A DNA stretch of 64,000 nucleotides from assembly GCA_965645245.1 (NCBI GenBank), contig OZ287068.1, positions 2,666,001-2,730,000 on the forward strand, written 5' to 3'. Below the pieces are notes generated by a model. That model ran no database searches. It saw nothing but the letters and a program-made list of their open reading frames with translations, and was not told where the DNA came from. A program made the translations under genes and the position numbers. Shown one piece after another: positions 50,205-62,554 of this stretch (its first letter is position 1; each line of letters begins with the position of its first letter). This DNA comes from Massalongia carnosa. Taxonomy: Eukaryota.

Positions 50205-51690
50205 ATGCCTCCTGCAGAAATACTTCTTCGTAGGGGCGCCGGCTGTTCATTGCTTCAGACTGTATATCGGAGCCCCAAGATCCAATTACTTTGGGTAAAT
50301 CCTTACAAGATATCCTTGAGATATAAATCAGGTCTCGCGCCAAAACAAAAACCTCAGCTCCAAAAGCCATCCCGTCATGCATCTAACCAAAAACCTATCG
50401 TCCCAAAGCAACCCTCCAGTAAACTGAACAATTTTCCTGTTGCAGAAAAAAACTCTCTTGTACAGCGGAAACCTCGAGAGCCCTCGCTCGTGGGAATTAC
50501 AACCCCCAAACCTAACTCTGAGCCAAGTCAGAAAAGCTCCGGTGTCTATGCCCCCCGTATTCGTCTCACAATCGGCGTTCTCCTCGTCGGCTCCATTATT
50601 TACTCCATGGTATTTTCCCCATGTTCCCGTAATTCCCTTAACTAACTTACTTGCATGCCAGCTCACCTCGCCACTCCAACTTACCGAAGCCCCCTCCATT
50701 GTCGACCGAGACAACCTCTCCAAGCGTGAACGAGGCGTAACCTCCGAATCCGCAATGCGTCTTCGGATGGAAGCTTTTATCAAATCCCAACAATCCGAGA
50801 TCGTCGCCGCCCTTGAAGCTCTTGATCCATCGCACAAGTTTCGCACCGACACATGGAGGCGGCCTACTGGGGGCGGCGGTATTTCCTGCGTGCTGCAAGA
50901 TGGGAATATTTTCGAAAAGGCAGGCGTTAATACTTCCATTGTCTACGGCACTCTCCCGGGCGCCGCGATCCGAAAGATGCGAGACAACCACAAGGCCCTC
51001 GACCCAGACGTGGAAAGCCTTGAATTCTTTGCAGCAGGACTAAGCTTGGTGCTGCATCCGCAGAACCCAATGGCGCCTACGGTACACCTTAATTACCGAT
51101 ATTTTGAAACCATGAATCCGAACGGGGAACGTAACGCATGGTGGTTCGGCGGTGGCACCGATCTAACTCCCAGTTATCTCTTCGATGAAGATGCCATTCA
51201 CTTCCACAAAACCATCAAGGACGTCTGCGATAAGCACAGCCCGGGCTATTACCCTCGCTTCAAGGCCTGGTGTGACAAGTACTTTCGGATCCCACATCGC
51301 GGAGAAGCTCGAGGGCTAGGTGGCATCTTCTTCGACGATCTCGACTCCGAAGAAAAAGACCCGGAGCAGCTCTTTTCGTTTGTCAAAGACTGCGCCACCG
51401 CATTCTTGCCGTCGTATTTGCCCATTCTCGAAAGACGCAAGGAGCTGCCGTTTTCGGAGCAGGAAAAAGAGTGGCAGCAGTTGAGACGGGGCCGCTATGT
51501 GGAGTTTAACCTGATTAACGATCGTGGGACGCAATTCGGGCTTACGACACCTAATGCAAGGGTGGAGAGTATCTTGATGAGTTTGCCGTTGACGGCCAGG
51601 TGGATGTATATGCATGAACCTGAGAAGGGGAGTCGGGAGGAACGACTGCTGGAAGTTTTAAGGGAGCCAGTCGACTGGGTTTCGGCCTGA
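50205..51690 (+). CDS. HEM13: Oxygen-dependent coproporphyrinogen III oxidase with an N-terminal targeting extension (intron 50610-50661)
   Basis: [99 protein letters not shown]. Confidence 0.95.
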
Positions 51691-53519
51691 AACGAGATGG
51701 GTGCGGGCTTGAGAGTTGTACGAGGAAAAAATATGGAAAAATAATAGATTAATGGCATGTTTCATCACCATCAAGCTCTAGTAGCTGAGGCATCCCGTCT
51801 TAGATCTCTACCCGCATTCTTCCTGCTCTTTTCACAATCTCACGCCTTGCGTCTCCCATCCCTTTATTTCCAGATCATTTCGTTCATGCACTGAGTTCGC
51901 AGATAGTAAACGACTCCCCTCTCTCCTGCAGGGCATACCCCCCCGCCCCGCATCATAGTACGTATCTCTTACGTAAAGCGTCTTCGCCAACTTCCGTGCC
52001 GCCCAGTCTCTTTCTGTGACTCGACAGAACGACACCAGTCTAAGAACCGCAGGGATTCCATAAATCTTTTGCCTGCATCCGAGAGAAATCGTTACGAGAC
52101 ACACACGGTAATCGGGCTCATTGTACATATGTCTCCCTTGGCGGTTTTCCGAGGAAAGAAGGCCGGTGTCTGACCGTTGGAGAGGTCTTCTAAAGGGGAG
52201 GGGGATATATAAATAAATAGAAGGCCACAGACAGACAGACAGACAGACATACAGGCGAATAACAAGAGGTCAAAATAGCCGATTTCCGTCTATTTACTAA
52301 CTCGACGGATCCGAGAAATTTGGCCGGATGGGGTGGATTCAACAAATAGGGGGTTTCTTTTTCTTCGACTCTTTGCTTCCTTCGCCTTGAAAATGAAAAA
52401 CAAATTGAAAGATGAAATAGGGAAAAAAACCCCCTTTGAGTTTTCATCAACCACCCCGTCAGGTCCCGAACCTACATATCTACTCAAACACCCTCCCTCC
52501 CTACCCTCCTATTCAGAACCCTCCATCTTCTTTTCGCCAAGTTTATTCGTCTCGGATGTCGGCACTAGCTAGCCGGATGACGAGTTTCCTCCCTAAGTGT
52601 TTATCGGGTTCAATTAGTGGTATGATGGTTTGCTGTTCCGAGTATCAGTTTTTGATACTTTAAGGTGTCGATTTTTCGCCTTGTTGGTTGGCTGGTTGGT
52701 TGAGTAGCTTGGGTTATTCGTTTCCTGTTCCTGGGAATCAGTTATTGCTTTCAGAATCTATCCATCTATCTTTTCTATCACCTTTCTTCTGTTGTCCTCT
52801 TCCTTCTCTAGATATTCTCGGCACTTCTTATTTATTTCGTCCTCGTCAGGATCATCGCTCCTCCCTCTAACCGTGTGAAGAGGTAGTCAGTAGCTTGAAT
52901 GGACAAACTAGAGAGATGGGAAGGGAGAAAGAAAAGCAAAGGGGCAATCAGGAGATAGAGTGACTGAGAGGTTGGAAGATTTTCTTGAGGATGAAGGGAT
53001 AGTCCTACTCTTCAGGCCTTCTGAATTTAGTTGTGATTAAAAGGGATGAGAGAAAATGACTAAAAGATGAGCAAGCCAGAAAGCTTCGAGGGCTCTGAGG
53101 AGGGGAGTGTGTAGACACTGTGAACTTTTCTTTCTTCCAGTGACATGGAAGCACTATAGCAGTAGCAACAACTCATTACTTGTATTGATCGATCGATCGA
53201 TTCACCGAAGCCTGAAAAAACAACTCCACGCAAGTAACCAGAAAACCCGTTGTGGTAAGTGTCTAGCCGCGCTTCACACTCCTTCGAAAACAAAGCTTAA
53301 ATAATTTCGATCGCCTTTCCCTAAACTCTACCTAAGGCATAGGCAAACGTTATAGCCTATCCTCTGGGAAGGCGACCAAACCCCTTCAGGGGGTATCTGC
53401 AACAGAAATTATGCGGCGGATATGAGAGGGGCTCTAAATATTAGTGGTAACGTATAGGCCAAAAAAAGAACAGCTTATTATATATTCATTGATCCTGTGC
53501 GGGCGTTTTTAAAGTAAGA

Positions 53520-54600
53520 CTAAAGAACCACGTTCGAAAACGACGACGGAGATAGCGGCGAAGGCTTGCGTCGCCTCCGCTTCCTCGGTCCAACATCTGC
53601 TCCTGAGTCGCCTTCTCCTGATTCTGGTTCCGACCTCGTTTCGGACCGTGACTCCTTGCTGAAAGTTTCGCTATGTAACCGCTTTCCTGGTTGCTTTAAA
53701 TAGGACTGACACTCATCCGGTGATGCCGTCCAACGCTGCCCAGTCGACGAAAGCAAATCCCTAGAGACGCCGGCTAATAGAAAACCTTCAATGCCCGGGA
53801 AAATGGACCAAGCAAACCGAGCAAATAGGAACTCGGGGCTGCCCTGTCGATCGGATGTAGCTTTGTGTTGTGATACAGTAGGCCTAGCTCCGGAGAATCC
53901 GTGAGGAGATGTGTAACAAAAACAGGAGCCTCATTCGCTTCGGCTTTGGGAACAAAGACAAATTCACGCCGGTCAAAACCGGTATGCAGATCCTCTCGTA
54001 TCAGCATTATATTAGTGGGGTCATCAATAGCGCCGAAGCCAGTCCTTTTTGGGTCGCTTATTGTAGTACTGCATCACGTTATTGATGAGCCAAAAAGTTT
54101 CACTGCGAGGACAGAGATGCGCTTTCTCGCGTCCTTCTTGATGATCACTAATTCGGCATGACGCATTTTGAAAGGTCACTGCTTTTGAGACGTCGTTTAG
54201 AGCACTATCTGACAGATTCGTAGATGCGTAAGTCTCGTGACTCCACAAGGATGGAAGGTTGTTGTGGGGAAATTGCCACTCGCTGAAACTAGGGAATACA
54301 GGATACTTAAAGGTCTCCGAGAAAACTTTGGAATCTAAGCCAGTTAGTATGATTAGAAACGAGAAGAAAAACCGGCTGGCACCTGCCTGGTATTGGAGAC
54401 GGGACATGGAAGAAATATTCCGAATTAAGCAGCACGCCATGAGTGGGAATATTCAAACGAGGGCCATTCGGCAGTTCAGTAAAGTATCCATCCCATCGAT
54501 TCCCCGCGATAATTGCGCAAGCAATCCGAGCTGTCTCATAATGTATACCACCTGTTGGGATGATCTCGAGCCCGCAGCATCAGGAGAGCATTGAATGGGG
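53520..54600 (-). pseudogene. Fungal HNH-endonuclease (HNH_2-type) domain gene, disrupted
   Basis: CRISD....EKAHLCPRSETFWLINNVMQYY, then a frameshift, then AIDDP.., then MLIREDLHTGFDRREFVFVPK...VTHLL..SPELGLLYHNTKLHPI, the typical fungal HNH_2 motif order. Broken by frameshifts and stops near 54000-54050 and 53770-53830. Confidence 0.75.
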
Positions 54601-56683
54601 ACGGATAATCAGGATGTCGAAAGATTACCCGATGCGGAATCTCAACAGAAATTGAAGAGGTATCAAATAGATGCCGCGGTATTACCTGCGTTGGACGAAT
54701 CGTGATTGCTGAATCCGTTGAAATCTAGATTCGAACAGACAAGAAATATATAAGCAAGCAAGGGCGGGAGGCTGTATATGGATGATGATGTCTAGAATTA
54801 GAATGAATGGTTTAATAATTACTTATAATGGTAATTCGAGAATATACATAGGAGGCTAGAAGACGCAGAAGCCAGAACACTTCTATTATATCGATGAGGG
54901 AGAGGGGACGACGACCGAAGATATCTTAGAAACCAGCAGATTGTGTTTTTTTACATTCCGTACTGATTAAAACATAACTCACTCCACCGCAATAGGACAA
55001 AGAAACGTAGGCAGTAGATTCCATTCCGTAATGATGCAGAAATTTTTCACTCCGGAAAGGCTTCACAAGCATGACAACGATGACGTTGGTTGAAACACTC
55101 GCTCGGGTCATTACATAATTTCTTGATCGTTACATTCATGATGAGTGAAGAGAGTAGATACAGCCTGTTCCGACGGAATCTTTCCCGGTGGCCAGCATAC
55201 AACTGATTCACGGTTGAAGATGTAGCTTTCGCCACAGAATCGAGCCACCCATCCGATCTTAGGAGTGTATAGATGAGCCAGGCTGCAAAAAGATAGAGAT
55301 GGCTAAATTGGTACTGTCAGTTCAAACATTGGAGTAAGTTTCTTAAAGCTATAAACAAGACAACGTCACTATTGCATCGTACTGGCAGACCCATTTAGCG
55401 TGTTATATCGCTGTCGAGAAGGTAGGTACGGCTTTATTTGGGAAGTTCCTAGCGACACCAACCCTTTCTTTGAGTCAGAATTCCCAGTCGAGAGGTTTCA
55501 AAAAAGTGTCTGAACGCAATTGAGCTGGCAGCAGCGCCTCCAGAAAGAAGGTCGTTATTAGGTCCGCAAATCCAACCACGGATTAGCTCAACTAATGTCT
55601 CGTTGTGTCTCGTCTCAGGCTGGGAGTTGATAGGTGTATATGTAGCTTTGGAACAGATTCATAACCCATCGTGTCCATGATATGACCCGCTGAAGATATT
55701 TTTTTTGGAATATAGTGCTTGATTCACGTGCCTGATTACCCCAGATAGTATCAAAGGCATTGTTCTAAAGCGCTGTAAAAATGTTTGGCGTGTGGAGGCT
55801 TCTACGGCTAGCCGCGTTACAGGCGTCGAAATAAACAGGGAAGTTCTGGCCTCAAGCGAATAAGGTCGTGGAAGTTGACATGCGCTGTATCTCGAGTTCT
55901 TAATCAAGCAAATGAGCGGCCGACGGCTTTGAGATATTGTGCGATGTCTATTTCTATGTCGCCTTCATATTCTTAGCGCCATGATGGGTATTGCAAGGAC
56001 GAACATGTAAACTCCAGCTTTCCAGAAACATTGTGTCGACAAACAGCATACCTGTAAAGCTGCAAAAACAATCAAGGAGCTAGGACCGATCCGTTTCCTG
56101 CATGGAGTGAGATAGATGTTTACATGCATCAAAAGTCTCCTCCTCGTGTTCCCTTTCTCATGGGACAAGCGACCACTTTTTCATCGAGAACTTGGCTTTA
56201 TCAATCGTACCTATCACAGGTTGAATGAACTGTGTTCGTAAATAAGTGAACGTGTTGTAAAGACCGTCGTAATAAGCTGATGAACGAAATCACTAACTAA
56301 TTTAGGGATTGAATTGCTCAGGAGGGAATTGTCTGGCATGTTATAAACGTAGGTGAATAGGAGGTACCGAATGGGCGAGGGTATCTTATTCCCCATATTC
56401 AAAGTTGGGGTATGCGATAGCGTGTTGCCCCCGTATCAGTTTTTGTGTAATGCCAAACTATAGGTGTACATACGGGATCTACCTCCTGGGTTGGAGAGCA
56501 GTTCATTTTGTGCCATCGGGTCTTTTTCATTGACTTTGGCTACAATATAATTTAACTGTGAATACTTTTCAATCTGCCATTTCCTCCCATAATCTCTACC
56601 ACATCACGTTGTTCACGCCCCACTCAAAAAATGGCACCATAACCACCCACTCCCCTCCTATCACCGCCTTGTGGGCGCTCGAG

Positions 56684-57269
56684 TCAGTAACAGCCCCTCG
56701 TCACAGTGGTGAAGCTAGTTGAGTGGCACGCCCCTTCACATCCCGTAACGCACGTCGGACGCGGCTCCACGGTGATGGTGGGCGTCACTTCGGGGCAGCA
56801 TTTGCCGACGCAACCCACCGTGAAGGTGGATCTGGCTGTTTGTATCGGGCAGTGGCAAATGGCCGTGTTGGGGGGGCAGGCCACGCCGATATTGAGGAAT
56901 TTGGTGACGGTCGGGCACGCTGGTGCGATAATGGTATGTCCTTGCGTCGTGGTGGTGCTGAGGGGGCACTCGGTGGGTAATTCTGGTGCTAAGGTGACGA
57001 GGGCTTGAGGGCTAGAGAGAGCGCGGTCGATCAGACTAAGAGTGGGTTTAGTGGGTGAGCGAGCAAGAGCCTGAGATGTTGTGGGAAGAGGAAATCAAAC
57101 GAGTGGAAATTTCTGGGCTGGCGGCCTGAGAGCCATCTCTTCGAGCATGGCGATCTCAACGCATCAAAATAGTTTGTTTGGATTATCCATATAAGAAGAA
57201 TAACAATGTTTCTTATGCGTACCTCAAGCCCAAAACCAAAGCTGACACAATTTTAATCGAAGTAAACAT
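56684..57269 (-). CDS. Small secreted Cys/Thr/Pro-rich protein (about 124 aa, 12 Cys), 2 exons (intron 57222-57012)
   Basis: MFTSIKIVSALVLGLS|gtacgc...ctctctag|PQALVTLAPELPTECPLSTTTTQG...ACPTVT...ACPPNTAICHCPIQT...GCVGKCCPEVTPTITVEPRPTCVTGCEGACHSTSFTTVTRGCY*; GC-rich coding-like exon 2. Exon 1 choice is inferred. Confidence 0.7.
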
Positions 57270-60200
57270 GTTTAAATTCGAACTAATGTTCGAGCGAGGA
57301 TAGTTTTTTAGAGACTTGAAGATATTGGATGTAGGATAAGAGTAGGGTGATGAAGTCCCTTTATATGATAGATTTCAAAAGCCTAAATCACTGGGTAACT
57401 CTGGTTACAAAAGGATCAGAGGATTGATTGCATCTGATCCTATTGGTATGCCGACCTCACAACATATACCGACTTATTTTTCAGCCTTCGGTCGACAGTT
57501 GTAGAATAGAGCATGTTTTCCGTGAAAGGGACTTTTGCTGGCTAGTTGAGGATACGAGGTCTTGTGTTCGGGAACGTATACACGACAAGCCAGGCTGCTC
57601 GTTTTACGTTCCCGGTATTGGTGGAATAGAAAGACGTGACACGCCGATCGGGCCTGTACCCGGTGATTTTGTGTAGTAAGTTTGGCAGTCAGAAACCCGG
57701 CCAGTCGGTCGTAAGAATAAGCTGAAAATGAGAGGTTGAGAAAGGCAGGCTTACGGTGGCGACCGGCCATGACTATGCAGCCTTTGCACAGCCTCTAACT
57801 TAGCCTGCGTCGGCCCAACATACTGTCACGCTTATGACCAGGACTGGAGGGCGTTTGCAGCACCTCCCGAATAATAATAATATTCGGACAAACGATGGGC
57901 TCTCGGTGACAAGAAATAAAAACAAAGAAATTCTGCTATCAGGACGTAATGCTTCGATATATTCCCTAAAGTAAGTGAGCTTCTTCAGACAATGGAGCAG
58001 CCGTTGAGGCAAAAGGATGAGTGAACGACATCGGGCGATCAACAGCCTATTAACGGGGTTTGAGATGGCTAGTCAAGGTTGGAAGCAAAAAATTGCCCGT
58101 GATCAATCTGCAGATGACGAGTTTGGCTTCGGCATAGAGAAAATATCAACCTTCAGCTGTAGAGTTTAAAACTCGGCCTTTATTCCGCGTGACGCTTGCT
58201 AAGCCAGGATAGGTAAAGAAGACCAATTGCTGGAGAAATAAAAAGACTATAGAACAGATTGGTTTTTAGTCTGCTTATATGTTTGATTGCGTAAGACAAC
58301 TAGTAAGCAAGAGCAAAAAGATTTCTTCCATCGGGAAATTTAATTTCTGGACGAAAGCACAAGGCTAAAAATCCTACAGTGTCTTGGTCTAGTATGACAG
58401 CCCTCACACTGTAACGTGATGAAATTTGGAAGTCCATCAGTATGGACATCTTTGATTGAAGGCATAGATCTCAGCTAATGGTTTTTGCCACTTATCAGTT
58501 CGTAATCTCCACCTACTAGTTCGTAAGCACAATAAATAGGTATTGTGCCGAACTTCTTGGTTTTCGTCGATCATGATGTTCCTAAGACTGAACATCATAA
58601 GGCTAGGCAGTGGATCTAAGTTCAGACAATCTCGATTAGATGTTTCATGTTAGTTTGCCGTGAACATTTCTTCAAAGTCTAGAATCCGCTACCTCACTTC
58701 TCAGTACGCATGTGGTGATGATAGCTACATTATAGAACAATGTGTCTATAGATCACTGGATCTCATTTGCGCTATGTCTAGACTGATGGTGGTGCCGAGT
58801 TGGATGAAAACGAGAATGATGGTCATCCTCTTTTGCATGTTTATTAAAAGCAATGCCGTTTTCCTGCGCAGTATTATGGAGATCAGTTTGTGTTACGGTA
58901 ACTGTTGACTCAGCTTACTTACGTTATGGTTGCTAATGAAAACCTATGCATCTCAAAATCAATATCAGCTACCGTTTCATCGTACATGAGAAGACTGTAG
59001 TAAATGGCCTCAAGGAGAGCTGAATACCTACTCTTTGTAGCCACCTCAATCCCAGGTCTTTGCGAAACGTGAGATTAAACGCCATGTCACCCCAAAGGCT
59101 ATTCAGCTAGTCATAACACGCCGAATGAAAGAACAATTGGTTCCTCATTAAAGGATGATGACGGATCGAGTCCGTTCCTGCTCAAATGCAGCGATAGAAG
59201 ACGAATTCCTATACACCATGTGATTGACGATACGAACCTATGAAATAAAATTACATGAAGAAAAGTTAAAATTTTTTATAAAATCGTACTCGATTACTAA
59301 TTAGTTATCGTGCTGCACATGAATCTTTCAGACTTAGTCCGATTCGCAGTCTTTCGAGCGATCATGTAAAGAGGTTGAGTTTTTGTCCCCCAACTTGACT
59401 GAAGTACCTAGGTAACTCTTTTGGAAAGATCAATATTGACGAAAAGCGAATCATCGCCGACTGGAGTTAGGCAGGCATATAGTTAGTGTCAAGAGAGACA
59501 CCATGTTTTCTGTTGAAAGATCAAAGAAGCACCCTTCGTAAAATAGAGACAGCAAAAATGGCTATCACGTGATGGGTAATAGATTAGAGGGTTTTTTATG
59601 CTCGGAGTTGCTGCAAATCGTTCGGTCATGGACTAATCGCTTCATCCCAGAGCCATCACTGAAAAGCAAAAACCTACTCGATCCTCCTTTCTTCCTCTAA
59701 TAGATAAGCAAACGTTCCGCAATGCATAAAGAAGCCGCCCTCATCATCTCTTCTTCATCTGACCTAGGCTACCATCTCCCTTAAACTCATTACACTCCCT
59801 TCTCCACTCAATCCACCCTAGGTCTCCGAGTATGCGGAGGCGGTAAGGCTCACCTCGGGACGTCATTAGAACCATACTCCGTCGCTAGCGAGTCATTGCG
59901 TCCGCCCCCTGCTTCGAGGCCATTCCTTTTTCGCTTACCCTGGCCAGGTGTGGTCTTCCTGAGCGGTGCGATGCGCTTGGGGGGTGCGATTCTCTGTCTG
60001 GTCCTCACGTCCCTAAGAGTTTGTCCGCCTGCCTTCCCGTTGAGCTCCAGTCGTCACTCCATGCTCGCGGTTAGTACCACTTGCGTTACAGCCGCCCACC
60101 CGTTCGGTGCCCGCTTGGCTTGGTCCGCGGCGAGTTGATGCGCTCCTTCGAGCGTTCAGTGCTGCTTATCGCATGCTTTGAGGCGACTGATAGTCAGCTT

Positions 60201-61151
60201 GAGCGGCAGGTACAGCGCCAGGATAAATGGCCCCACCCCTACTAATCGCATCCCTATTCACTTCAATGAATTTAGGATAGTCATAAGGGTTTTGGGGATC
60301 ACAGGAAGGGTTCTCCACGAAGCCCGGTTGAGGGCCTCAGCGTTCAACCGCGTCCCCGTCGGTGTTGTCCGCTCTACTGTCACTGCTGCCGAAACAACAC
60401 ATCTCTCAAAAACTGTGGTTAATGCATCTCGACGGATGCCTGAGCGGTTTGACAGAAACAGATAGTGGTCACGTTTAGTTTAGCTAATGAAGAGGTAAGG
60501 AGATTATGACGGAAGGAAAAGTGTATCTATATCATAGCAGGGAAATCGGTGTGGCTTGAGCTCCATTACTGGTTATATATACAAGCTATTTGCCGGAGCT
60601 GCAGTCCAAGAGTCTTATGATTCTTAGTCATAATTGATGCTGTAGATTACTTAAGAAATCCATGACAGCCCCACAATGCCTTCATAATCGTTTATGATCC
60701 TGATCGTGAAGGTAAATTTACTGTTTATTCATTTATTGTGTAGCATGAGAAAGGCTCTCCAACAATCATAAGTTCTCGGCATCCATTCCGAAAGCCATGA
60801 TCTCATAGAGGAGCATCTACTTAGACAATAATTATTTCTCATCGTTCTTAATCTGATCCCTAGGACTAACCAGGATTTTCCGGATTCTGATAAGGGCCAT
60901 TAATCCTATACCCGTAAGCTGAAACTCTCACAATAGTATTATAGGAATACATCAAAGTAGACAGATACAATTTGTACGGCCACATTTTTTGACCAACAGA
61001 ATCCTTAGTATTTTGCAAAGAAAGTGAAGGTGTTCTCCTCGAAAATGGTAGCTGTAGAAAGCCCAATCTAATTTCAGTAAGAAGCCAACTTATCCAGTAA
61101 CCTAGGAATCTCTTTTTTGTAGGATTGAGCGGGTTTTCTTCCATCTAGTTA

Positions 61152-61682
61152 CTATTCTTGAATACCTTCGGCTTTGGTTTTCGTATCTTTTGCTTCTTCA
61201 GGAATAACCCGCAACTTCTCCCTTGCTTTCTCAAAACGACGTCCCCAATCACCTCCCAGTCTGAATAGCTTCACAGCTTCCATAGCGCTAGGCATTCCTG
61301 CGTCTGGATCTGCGCCGCCTTTCAGTAGCGTTTCTATCACCTCCATCTCGTTTTTAAACACCGCACCAGCAAGTGGGGATTGCTCGCGGTCATTGAGCGT
61401 ATTCGGATTTGCCCCATGGGATAAGAGAAGGGCTACAAGGGGAGCATGCCCGTGATAAGATGCTAGCATAATCTATATAACGCTGTTAGAAGTGAGATTT
61501 AATACATCTAGAGTAATGACGCGGACTAAACTATCGCCCTTATCATTAGTCAAATTGGCCGGAAGTCCAGCGGGGAGTGCTTGTTGGAAAACATCTAGTT
61601 GTCCCTGGCGCGCTGCATTGTACATGCGAGTCGCAAAAGCTGACAGCTCAGGCGGAATGGCGCCTTTCGAAGAATTCTCCAT
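61152..61682 (-). CDS. Small ankyrin-repeat protein (YCR051W-like), 2 exons
   Basis: FATRMYNAARQG...GLPANLTNDKGDSL/IMLASYHGH...GANPNTLNDREQSPLAGAVFK...LLKGGADPDAG. Confidence 0.9.
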
Positions 61683-62485
61683 TGTCGGGAATCTTGTTCA
61701 TTTGAAGATGGTGACGTTCATTTGTGATGGGGAAGTGAGTGTGGCATTGCAGTTATTAGTTGTTAGCTTGCCTCAGTACCTCACACGTGCGTGGCTTTAT
61801 GAGCCGGCTAAGTGGCCTCCGGATTAGCCTATTTCGCTAAGCGTAGCATGAGTTGTAGTCAGCTAAATGGTCGCTAACCCGAAGGGGCTTAGCTGGCTCA
61901 TAGAGCCACGCACGTCTGTGCTCCTAATGTAATTACTTTTTGGGTCCGCAAGGGGTTTTTTGTTAGCGCGGTACAAGCACGGATAACAATGCGCTAATAT
62001 TTTGTGCAGAAGGATCAATTCTTAAAATACATCCTATATTTAATTGGTGGATACATGTAAAATTGGACTTCCGGAAGATTATGTAAGATTATATAATAAA
62101 TTGTTTTTCATCATCGCATTTGTTGAATAGACATTATCGCCTAAACACGTATACAAATCTCATAGCTACCATTATCCTAGCCTACAGAGTACTTCTTAAC
62201 ACTACTCCTCCCTTAACTCGGCCAGGCTGGCAAATGATGGCTTACCTCTTACCTTTCAAATGTTATCGACTTCTGTATGATGCTTTTTGCTTTCGATCGG
62301 CCGTAAACTGAATGGTTCAGAGTCTGTGGCTAAACGTACGCCAAGTCTTGAGGGCGTCTAGGTATTACAATTCATTCACCTATTATATTGAACCTGCGTT
62401 AGGGCGTTCGCTTTCTTTCCTCTTTTCCCCTCGTTCTGATACGTACAAGAATGTTATCAATCATGTTTAAAACGCAATCGGCATT

Positions 62486-62554
62486 TGTCGCCCAGAAGTG
62501 CTCGGTTTTTTGTACATCAACCCCAAGAAAAAACTCGAGCACTTCTGGGCGACA
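62486..62554. repeat. 69-bp inverted repeat (hairpin or mini-MITE-like)
   Basis: TGTCGCCCAGAAGTGCTCG (62486-62504) is perfectly inverted at 62536-62554, extended by GTTTTTT/AAAAAAC with a 1-nt bulge. Confidence 0.85.

Noticed and set aside
54900..56400. Protein-like fragments on the minus strand (also 57430-58050, 59800-60470, 63180-63680)
   Set aside because: Multiple stops and no recognisable motif; they cannot be distinguished from random ORFs without a homology search.
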